This document shows positions 39,238-46,740 of a DNA stretch of 64,000 nucleotides, one piece after another; the first letter of the stretch is position 1, and the number at the start of each line of letters is the position of its first letter. Under the pieces are notes generated by a model. The model saw nothing but the letters and a program-made list of their open reading frames with translations, was not told where the DNA came from and did not search any database. The translations under genes were made by a program, and so were the position numbers. The DNA is from Candidatus Micrarchaeota archaeon (lineage in GTDB: Archaea; B1Sed10-29; JAJSAI01), in contig CAZVAJ010000003.1 of NCBI GenBank assembly GCA_964625085.1, forward strand, positions 16,868-80,867, given 5' to 3'.

Positions 39238-39684
39238 ATGCTGTACGCTGTAAGAACAACAATAGGACAAGAGAAAACAGTCTCAGACTCGCTTAGAACT
39301 AAACAAAAAAAACAAGGCAATGAGATATACTCCATAATATACCTTGATTCATTTAGAGGGTACTTATTAGTGGAAGCAGAGTCTGAAGAAGAGGTAAAAA
39401 AGATATCTTACGGAGTACCCCACCTAAAGGGGATCGTTTCAGGAACTGTTGACCCAAAAGATGTGGAAAAGTTCCTTGAGCAAAAACCACTCATAGAAGG
39501 CGTAAACAGAGGAGACATAGTGGAGATAACTAACGGAGCCTTCAAAGGAGAGAAAGCAAAGGTAATAAGGATAGACGAAAACAAAGAGAAGGTGACTGTA
39601 GAGATAATAGAAGCAGCGGTTCCAATACCTATAACCGTGAATGCTTCTGCAGTAAGAAAAGTTGCATTACAAGGTGATCAATAA
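39238..39684 (+). CDS. spt5: transcription elongation factor Spt5/NusG
   Basis: YAVRTTIGQE, GYLLVEA, KOW GDIVEITNGAFKGE. Confidence 0.95.
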   Translation: MLYAVRTTIGQEKTVSDSLRTKQKKQGNEIYSIIYLDSFRGYLLVEAESEEEVKKISYGVPHLKGIVSGTVDPKDVEKFLEQKPLIEGVNRGDIVEITNGAFKGEKAKVIRIDENKEKVTVEIIEAAVPIPITVNASAVRKVALQGDQ

Positions 39685-40277
39685 TGGCTGAGAAAAAGAT
39701 CAGTGCACTAGTAGAGGGCGGCAAAGCAACCGCAGGCCCCCCGATTGGACCTGCTTTAGGCCCGCTGGGTATAAACGCAGGGCAGGTAGTAGCACAGATA
39801 AATGAAAAAACAAAAACGTTTGAAGGGATGACAATCCCTGTCACGATAATCGTTGACACTGACACAAAAGAATTCAAGATAGAAGTGGGAAGCCCGTCAA
39901 CAGCAGCCCTGATAAAAAAACAGATTGGAGTAGAGAAGGGCTCTGGAAAAGCAAAAGAGATTAAGATAGCTGACCTGCTTATTGATGAAGTGATATCCAT
40001 AGCAAAAGCAAAGCATGAAGCAACCCATGGTAAAGAACTGAAAGATACAGTAAATGAAGTTCTTGGCACTTGCCTTTCAATGGGTGTTACAGTAGAAGGC
40101 AAAGACCCACGGGAAGTTCAAAAAGAAGTCAAAGAAGGGAAGTACGACGAGAAGATCAAAGAAGTAACTCCTCTGAAAGAACTTTCACAAGAAGAGAAAC
40201 AGAAAAGAGCTCAGAAGGCAAAGCAGCTTACTGAAAAGAAAGAAGAATCACAAGCTAAAGGCAAGAAAAAGAAGTAA
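39684..40277 (+). CDS. rpl11: 50S ribosomal protein L11
   Basis: GGKATAGPPIGPALGPLG, GTCLSMGV. Confidence 0.96.
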   Translation: MAEKKISALVEGGKATAGPPIGPALGPLGINAGQVVAQINEKTKTFEGMTIPVTIIVDTDTKEFKIEVGSPSTAALIKKQIGVEKGSGKAKEIKIADLLIDEVISIAKAKHEATHGKELKDTVNEVLGTCLSMGVTVEGKDPREVQKEVKEGKYDEKIKEVTPLKELSQEEKQKRAQKAKQLTEKKEESQAKGKKKK

Positions 40278-40398
40278 AACCCACACCCTCTTCAGGGTTT
40301 TCATAAAAACAACACCAAAACATTTAAATACTAAACAAATTGAAATAATACCATCTCCCGTAATACTATCCCTTGTGGGATAGGAGGGGCGTTCTATA

Positions 40399-41034
40399 GT
40401 GGACTGGACAAAAGCGATAAAAGAGGCTAAAGAAAAAGCCAAAAAGAGGAATTTCATACAATCTGTAGAGTTAATCCTCAACTTTGAGAGGGTTGATTTC
40501 TCAAAGACAGAGAACAGAATAGACCTTACAGTAACCCTGCCAAAAGGCAGGGGCAAAGAACTTAAGATAGCAGTTATCGCAGGCAACGAGCTTATCCCTG
40601 AAGCCAAGGCTAATGCTGACAAGGTATTAACAGAAGAGGATGTCAAGAAACTTGGGAAAAATAAAAAAGAAGCCAAGAAACTTGCGTCTGAATATCATTC
40701 TTTCGTGTGCCAAGCAAACCTAATGCCAATAGTAGGTAAAGAGCTTGGACAGGTGCTAGGGCCAAGAGGCAAGATGCCTTCTCCTGTACCCCCTAATGCA
40801 AAACTCGCGCCTTTGATCAAGCGGCTCAAGAATAGTGTACGGATCAGGACAAAAGGAAAATTCTTACCCACCCTTCATGTTCCCATTGGCACTGAAGAGA
40901 TGAGTGAAGAAGATCTTGCAGAAAACGCGAAGGCAGTCTACAATGCAGTAATACAAAAGCTCCCTCAGAAGGAGGGCAACATAAAGTCGGTCTATGTAAA
41001 GACCAGCATGGGCCCAAGTGTAAAGGTGGTATAA
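40399..41034 (+). CDS. rpl1: 50S ribosomal protein L1
   Basis: RNFIQSVELI, LGPRGKMP, KTSMGP. Confidence 0.96.
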   Translation: MDWTKAIKEAKEKAKKRNFIQSVELILNFERVDFSKTENRIDLTVTLPKGRGKELKIAVIAGNELIPEAKANADKVLTEEDVKKLGKNKKEAKKLASEYHSFVCQANLMPIVGKELGQVLGPRGKMPSPVPPNAKLAPLIKRLKNSVRIRTKGKFLPTLHVPIGTEEMSEEDLAENAKAVYNAVIQKLPQKEGNIKSVYVKTSMGPSVKVV

Positions 41035-41035
41035 A

Positions 41036-41899
41036 ATGGCTGAAGAAGAAAAGAGGGCGCCTGCAGAGTGGAAAACCAGGACCGTTGCCGAGATAAAAGA
41101 GATAGTCAAAGGTAAAAAGGTCGTTGGGATTGTAAGCCTGCTTAACCTGCCTTCAGCCCAGTTCCAAGAGATAAAAAAGAAAGTGAGAGATGCCGCAAAA
41201 ATAAAAGTAGCAAGATCACGGCTTATTAGAATGGCGCTTGACAGCGCAAGCAAGGAGTACCAGGTCCTTGATAAGTACATTGAAGGCCCTTGCGCTGTAA
41301 TTGCTTCAGACCTTGATCCTTTCGAACTATACCGCATTATCAAAAAGAACAGAACAAAAGCATACGCAAAGCCAGGCATGATTGCAGAAGATGATATAAT
41401 CGTTGAAGCAGGAGACACAGGAATACCTGCTGGACCTGCGCTTGGAGAACTAAAAGCAGCAGGCTTGAACGTAAAGCTTGATAAAGGAAAGATAGTAGTA
41501 GCAAGTGACACTGTTTTCGTCAAAAAAGGAGAGATAATCACGCCTGAAAAGGCAAGTGTCCTGGCAAAACTGGACATAAAACCAATGGAAATAGGCCTAA
41601 AGATAAAGGCATTGTACTCTGATGGAATAGTATATGAACCAGAGGTACTTGATGTTGATACTGAAGAATTGTTCAACAGTTTTGTTCAGGCACATGCTCA
41701 AGCAGTCAACCTGTCAGTTAATGCTGGAATAATAAACAAGTATTCAGCAGAAGCACTGTTGGTCAAAGCAGTTTCAGAAGCAAGAGCGTTAGCGCTTGAA
41801 GCAAACATATACTCCAAAGAAACAATAGAGGAGATATTGTCAAAAGCTAGCAGAATCGCATTAAACCTTAAATCAAATGTCAAAACAGAGGATGCTTAA
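41036..41899 (+). CDS. rpl10: 50S ribosomal protein L10 (P0)
   Basis: AKPGMIA, GDTGIPAGP, LDIKPMEIGL. Confidence 0.95.
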   Translation: MAEEEKRAPAEWKTRTVAEIKEIVKGKKVVGIVSLLNLPSAQFQEIKKKVRDAAKIKVARSRLIRMALDSASKEYQVLDKYIEGPCAVIASDLDPFELYRIIKKNRTKAYAKPGMIAEDDIIVEAGDTGIPAGPALGELKAAGLNVKLDKGKIVVASDTVFVKKGEIITPEKASVLAKLDIKPMEIGLKIKALYSDGIVYEPEVLDVDTEELFNSFVQAHAQAVNLSVNAGIINKYSAEALLVKAVSEARALALEANIYSKETIEEILSKASRIALNLKSNVKTEDA

Positions 41900-41915
41900 A
41901 AGGAGGTAGGACAAG

Positions 41916-42221
41916 ATGGAATATGTATACGCAGCACTACTGTTGCACTCTGCCGGAAAAGAGATAACAGAAGACAATGTTAAAAATGTGATGAAAGGGG
42001 CTGGAATAGAACCAGATGAAGCAAAAGTAAAAGCGCTTGTTTCAAGTCTGAAGGATGTTAACATAGAAGAAGCAGTGAAACAGGCTGCTGTTGCACCAGC
42101 AGCTGCAGCACCAGCAGCAGCACCCGCAGGAGAAGAGAAGAAAGAAGAGAAGAAACCGGCAGAAGAGGAAAAGAAGAGTGAAGAAGAAGCTGCCGGCGGA
42201 CTCGCGTCTCTCTTCGGCTGA
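41916..42221 (+). CDS. rpl12: 50S ribosomal protein L12 (P1)
   Basis: [11 protein letters not shown]...GLASLFG. Confidence 0.97.
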   Translation: MEYVYAALLLHSAGKEITEDNVKNVMKGAGIEPDEAKVKALVSSLKDVNIEEAVKQAAVAPAAAAPAAAPAGEEKKEEKKPAEEEKKSEEEAAGGLASLFG

Positions 42222-42268
42222 AAAACCTTTTTATACCCCTCCCCCCTTTTTATGGGCAGGTGGGAAGA

Positions 42269-42574
42269 ATGCCAGCAAAGAAAAGGACAGTGAAAACTGC
42301 AAAAACAGACAACAAGCTGTTTAACTATCTGCTAGTGCAGTACTTAAAGGAAATGTCAAACGAGCTAACTTATCTGTTACTTGTTGTTGCAGCATTGTTC
42401 TTGTTCATGATTATTGATGTAATACCTGATATCACAGGCGAACCGATGATAGCCTCGTACGCTGCAATAAGAGCCGTGTTCATAATTCTTGTGGTCGGCG
42501 GATTCTTCATGTTCGGAATATCCAACGCGACCAAGAGAAGGATAGAAAGACAGATGCTCCGCATCCTATCCTAA
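42269..42574 (+). CDS. small two-TM membrane protein
   Basis: Two hydrophobic helices, AGGTG SD. Confidence 0.6.
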   Translation: MPAKKRTVKTAKTDNKLFNYLLVQYLKEMSNELTYLLLVVAALFLFMIIDVIPDITGEPMIASYAAIRAVFIILVVGGFFMFGISNATKRRIERQMLRILS

Positions 42575-42598
42575 GATCTTCCTACGCAATCCCCTTTT

Positions 42599-43681
42599 TT
42601 ATTTTATCATAGAATATGCGGACGTTTGTTTCAAGCCATGGCCTGTGATTACAAGCGCTATTTTCTCATCACTTCTGCCGATGTCTTTTTCAAGAGCTGC
42701 AAGAGCTGCGGCGCTCGCAGGCTCTGCAAAGATCCCTTCTCCTGCAAGCTGTTTCATTGCCTTTAATATCTCATTGTCTGACACCGAAGAAAAAAAACCT
42801 CCTGATTCTTTGACAGCATCCAGTGCAGTAAGACCGTTAAAAGGCTGCTTCACGGCTATAGAACTCGCTATTGTGTGCCCCCTTTTAGGCCTCTCAAAAT
42901 GCCTGACTTGGTGTTCCCATGCGCGGGTTATCGGATCAAATCCTTCTGCCTGAACACCTATCATCTCAGGAAGAACTTTTGATGCTCCAGCCTGCTTCAG
43001 TTCTTTGAATCCTTTCCATATGGCTGTGATCAACCCCCCTGTTCCCACAGGCACAATAACCTTGTCTGGAACACCTATGTCCTCAAAAAGCTCAAAAGCA
43101 ATTGTTTTTTCCCCTTCAATATAATATGGATTAACGCCAGTCATGGCAATGTACGTGCGATTCCGTCTTTTCCATACCTCTGAAAAGCACTCAAAAAACG
43201 TTCCCGGAACCTTTTTGACATTTGCTCCATAAGCGACTATCTGGGTCACTTTAGAAGGGGGAGTGTCGCTCGGAATAAAAACTTCTACACCCAGGTTCGC
43301 ATACGCAGTATATGCTGACACGCTCGCGCCCATGTTCCCTGTACTTGCCACCCCTACTTTTGAATGGCCTGTGCTGAGCGCGTGAGAAAGCACTACCGCG
43401 GTCCCCCTATCCTTGAACGAACCTGTCGGATTGTCTCCTTCAAACTTGTAGTACAGGTTAGGGTATTTTCTTGTAAAGTCCCTGTTCTTCACAAGAGGTG
43501 TATCCCCTTCCTCCAGGGACAATTTCTGTTTTACGCTTGGAAGCATTTTAGAATAACGCCACACACCCCCCTCTTTTGAAGGTGTCCACTCTGTTTTTCC
43601 TTCCCATAACAGAACCGAACCACAGGAACATAAGTACTTGAACCTGCGGTATTTTTTCCCACACTCAGGACAAACAAGCAT
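42599..43681 (-). CDS. thrC: threonine synthase
   Basis: N-terminal Zn ribbon, EGDTPL, NPTGSFKDRG, ASTGN, EPASAA, ITGHGLK. Confidence 0.9.
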   Translation of the reverse strand: MLVCPECGKKYRRFKYLCSCGSVLLWEGKTEWTPSKEGGVWRYSKMLPSVKQKLSLEEGDTPLVKNRDFTRKYPNLYYKFEGDNPTGSFKDRGTAVVLSHALSTGHSKVGVASTGNMGASVSAYTAYANLGVEVFIPSDTPPSKVTQIVAYGANVKKVPGTFFECFSEVWKRRNRTYIAMTGVNPYYIEGEKTIAFELFEDIGVPDKVIVPVGTGGLITAIWKGFKELKQAGASKVLPEMIGVQAEGFDPITRAWEHQVRHFERPKRGHTIASSIAVKQPFNGLTALDAVKESGGFFSSVSDNEILKAMKQLAGEGIFAEPASAAALAALEKDIGRSDEKIALVITGHGLKQTSAYSMIK

Positions 43682-45226
43682 TCAAGGGCACCTTATCACG
43701 TAATACTTGAACGGGAAGTTCATGGAACTGGGAAGAACCTGCTGTCCTGCCCCGACACCTCCGCTGTAGACTGATGTGGAATTTTCTTCTCCACACGTGG
43801 CCCATATCTTTGTGTAGTAGTATGCTGAGGGGCTTAGAGATAGTTCTGCTTCTCCAGAAGCATTAGTGTACTTTACTGTTTTGGACCCTGACAGGGTCTG
43901 GGCTGTTACTTTCACGTTTTCCAAGGGATCTCCCTCTAAACCTGTTGCATGAACAGTGTAAGTCACTTTATCTGACGGTACACAGTCAAATATAATAGGA
44001 TTGGGGGACGGCTTCGAGACTGTTGAGGTGAGGGACGTGTTCCACATCTGGCAGTAGTACTTGTTCTCCCCATAAGTGCCATAACCGTACACTAGTGCGC
44101 TGCCTATGGTCATGTTAGTTGTATAATAACTGGAATACCAGGGGGGATCGTACTTGTACGTTTTCTTTCCGTCTTCTGAATGGTCAAAATAGATAACCCA
44201 ATCTTCAAGCTTGTTGTTAGTTCCTTTTACCTTGAACTGGATCTTCAGGGGTTGTTTGTACAAGCTGCAGTTCAGTTGGATTTTCTCTCCTCCGTACAGG
44301 TAAGTGTCGTACAACGTGACATTGTATCTTCTGCCGCAGTATAATCCAAGCTCGTACTTCAAGTGGGGCCAGGTGTAGTCGCTTGGGATTATCTTGAGTT
44401 TTGCGGTCTTACTTTCAGTGCTGTTCACGTATTCATACACGCTTTTGTTTACTGAAGCAGTGGCCTTGTAGGTGAAGTTTCCTTCAACCCTTTTTTCAGG
44501 TCTTGCGGTGAGAATTATTTCAACAAGAGCCCATTCTGGAATCAGGCTCTTGTTGCCAATGATGTTAATAGGAATAAACGGAATGCACTTTACTTCGACG
44601 CTCTTACCAAAAGGATCAAATGAGATGTCTTGTGTTGTGCCAACATCTTTTCGGTTTTCTCCGCAGTCAAGCGAGATCTTGTAAGGTGCGTTTTCTTCAG
44701 GAAGGTTTGGCACAGTAACAACACCTGTTTTTGAAGAGTAGACTACTTCCCCGTTCTTGTCTTTCACGCTAAATGTTCCGTTTTCAAATGTTTTTCCTGT
44801 CTGGTCCACAACTCTTACGGTCAGGCTCATCTTGGCAGAAATATTCACAGGCTCGCAGATTATCTGCACCTGCTGAACACTGGTATCACTTATCATTATC
44901 TCTTTTGTCCCACTGCCTGAATATCCTTCTGGACAAGAGTATTCTATGCTGTATGGTTTTTCTGAAGCAGGCACATCACGAACATACCGTGTTTCAAAAA
45001 CGTTATCATCAAAAATGGCCTTTCCTTCGCCTAGAATAGTAACATGCGCGCCAGAAACAGGTGTTCCGTCAGGAGTGCTGACAATAAACTGTAAAGTTCC
45101 TTTGATTACAGGCGCTGAGACGTTCCCGGCGCCGGTGGTCTTGTTTGATTCGACCGGGGCCTGGCCTATGCAACCTAACAACAGTGCCACAACGGCAACA
45201 GAAAGCACGAGTAATCCTTTTTTCAC
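43682..45226 (-). CDS. surface lipoprotein with repeated beta-sandwich domains
   Basis: GTG start, lipobox LLLGC, repeats such as TPDGTPVSGAHVTI / DQTGKTFENGTFSV / LEGDPLENVKVT with paired Cys. Confidence 0.72.
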   Translation of the reverse strand: MKKGLLVLSVAVVALLLGCIGQAPVESNKTTGAGNVSAPVIKGTLQFIVSTPDGTPVSGAHVTILGEGKAIFDDNVFETRYVRDVPASEKPYSIEYSCPEGYSGSGTKEIMISDTSVQQVQIICEPVNISAKMSLTVRVVDQTGKTFENGTFSVKDKNGEVVYSSKTGVVTVPNLPEENAPYKISLDCGENRKDVGTTQDISFDPFGKSVEVKCIPFIPINIIGNKSLIPEWALVEIILTARPEKRVEGNFTYKATASVNKSVYEYVNSTESKTAKLKIIPSDYTWPHLKYELGLYCGRRYNVTLYDTYLYGGEKIQLNCSLYKQPLKIQFKVKGTNNKLEDWVIYFDHSEDGKKTYKYDPPWYSSYYTTNMTIGSALVYGYGTYGENKYYCQMWNTSLTSTVSKPSPNPIIFDCVPSDKVTYTVHATGLEGDPLENVKVTAQTLSGSKTVKYTNASGEAELSLSPSAYYYTKIWATCGEENSTSVYSGGVGAGQQVLPSSMNFPFKYYVIRCP

Positions 45227-45269
45227 AGTAAACCACCTGAAAGAAAGAAGGTAAGAGAATATAAAAAGC

Positions 45270-45884
45270 TTACAGGTCAACCTTTTTGGCGTTATGCAGT
45301 GTTTTTTCAACTAGTTCATGCAGGTTCACTTTTGCTTCCTCTGCAACAATTCTTTCAAGCCGTGATTTAGTTGCTGGTTTTTTCGGAACTATCATACAGC
45401 ATGCTGCTGGCCTTACTGAAATATCATATGTTCCTATGTCTTTTGCTATCTTGATAATGTCCTCTTTATCAAGCCCTATCAAAGGCCGTATTATGGGCTT
45501 GCTTGACGCAGAAGATTCTGTGTAAATGTTTTGAATTGTCTGTGACGCGACCTGCGCAAGATTTTCTCCGGTTATTATGAAATCACAACCAACCCTCTCT
45601 GCCAGTGCAGAAGCAGCCCTGAACATCATCCTTCTGCACAGGACGCACTGAAACTTTCTGTCACAGTTTTTTGCAAACTCAGCAAGGTTTTGGCCGTGGG
45701 GAAGAACATACGCAGTCTTGAACCCAAGTGCCTTCATTGAGTCAAGAGCCCTTTGTTTTGTGTCTTCTCCTGCAAACGGAAAGTTATCAAAGTATGCTGG
45801 AATCTGCTCGTACTCCCTGAGCACGTATGATGCAACCGGAGAATCTATACCTCCCGAAATCAGCGTGAGCGCTTTTAGTTTCAT
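45270..45884 (-). CDS. thiI: ThiI catalytic PP-loop domain (stand-alone)
   Basis: SGGIDSPVA, CVLCRRMM, TGENLAQVASQT, RPLIGLDK, CC...PKKPAT. No THUMP domain. Confidence 0.88.
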   Translation of the reverse strand: MKLKALTLISGGIDSPVASYVLREYEQIPAYFDNFPFAGEDTKQRALDSMKALGFKTAYVLPHGQNLAEFAKNCDRKFQCVLCRRMMFRAASALAERVGCDFIITGENLAQVASQTIQNIYTESSASSKPIIRPLIGLDKEDIIKIAKDIGTYDISVRPAACCMIVPKKPATKSRLERIVAEEAKVNLHELVEKTLHNAKKVDL

Positions 45885-46291
45885 GATATCATCCAAAATA
45901 ACGTGCTTTTTTCGATCATGTCCAAAAGCCTGTCCTCAGGCAAGTCAGTGTACTCTCTTTCTTTACTAACAAAGCAGGCCTTGAAGTCTCTCCAACTATC
46001 TTTTCCAGTCCAAGAGACAAAGATCGCCTCTTTATTTTTAACGCACGCTTTTGACACTGCTTTGCTAACCTGCCGTTCTCCCACAAGGCGCAGTAAGAAC
46101 TCCAGTTCTTTTGTTCTGGCTATGTTCCTGCCTTGTTCGAAAGCTTTTAAAACCTCTATCACAGAATGTTTTATGTGGGTTGGGCCTCCTGTAACCCCTG
46201 GATCAACAACCTGACAGCCGGGATGAGACTCAAGCCACTCCTGTATTCCCGCATTCGTTTTCAGGGAAACCTTTTTAATCAGGATGTCCAT
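45881..46291 (-). CDS. cgi121: KEOPS subunit Cgi121
   Basis: AFEQGRNIARTKELEFLLRLVGERQVSKA. Confidence 0.82.
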   Translation of the reverse strand: MDILIKKVSLKTNAGIQEWLESHPGCQVVDPGVTGGPTHIKHSVIEVLKAFEQGRNIARTKELEFLLRLVGERQVSKAVSKACVKNKEAIFVSWTGKDSWRDFKACFVSKEREYTDLPEDRLLDMIEKSTLFWMIS

Positions 46292-46338
46292 AAGATTTGT
46301 TTACATTAATAGGTTATATTAACGTTGAAGGTGTTGGA

Positions 46339-46728
46339 ATGGCAGTATCACACGCAAAAGACCGGAGAAGAATGTCCGGAGGAAGAGTAGGAAAAAAAAG
46401 AGACAAAAGAAAATCAGAGCTCGGCAGAGACCCTGCTTTGACGAAAGTGTCAGCATACCAAAAAATAAAAAAGATCAGGGCACATGGAGGGAATACAAAA
46501 AACAGGGTGCTGCACGCATTGTATGCTAATGTGCTTGATCCTAAAACAAAAAAAGCCCAGAAAGCCAAGATCCTCACGGAAAAAAGCAATCCTGCCAACA
46601 GGAACTTTGCAAGAGGAAACATTCTCACGAAAGGAGCAATAATAGAAACAGAAGCAGGAGATGCAAAGATCACCAGCAGGCCCGGGCAGGATGGAACAAT
46701 AAACGCGATCTTACTGGAGAAGAAATGA
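46339..46728 (+). CDS. rps8e: 30S ribosomal protein S8e
   Basis: SGGR, KRKSELGR, NPAN, ILTKGAII, SRPGQDG. Confidence 0.96.
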   Translation: MAVSHAKDRRRMSGGRVGKKRDKRKSELGRDPALTKVSAYQKIKKIRAHGGNTKNRVLHALYANVLDPKTKKAQKAKILTEKSNPANRNFARGNILTKGAIIETEAGDAKITSRPGQDGTINAILLEKK

Positions 46729-46740
46729 AAAGAAAGCATT

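Noticed and set aside
38132..41676. Long antisense ORFs (38132-38974, 40864-41676) and many similar ones across the window
   Set aside because: They are shadow frames opposite well-conserved genes, S/F/L-rich with no motifs.
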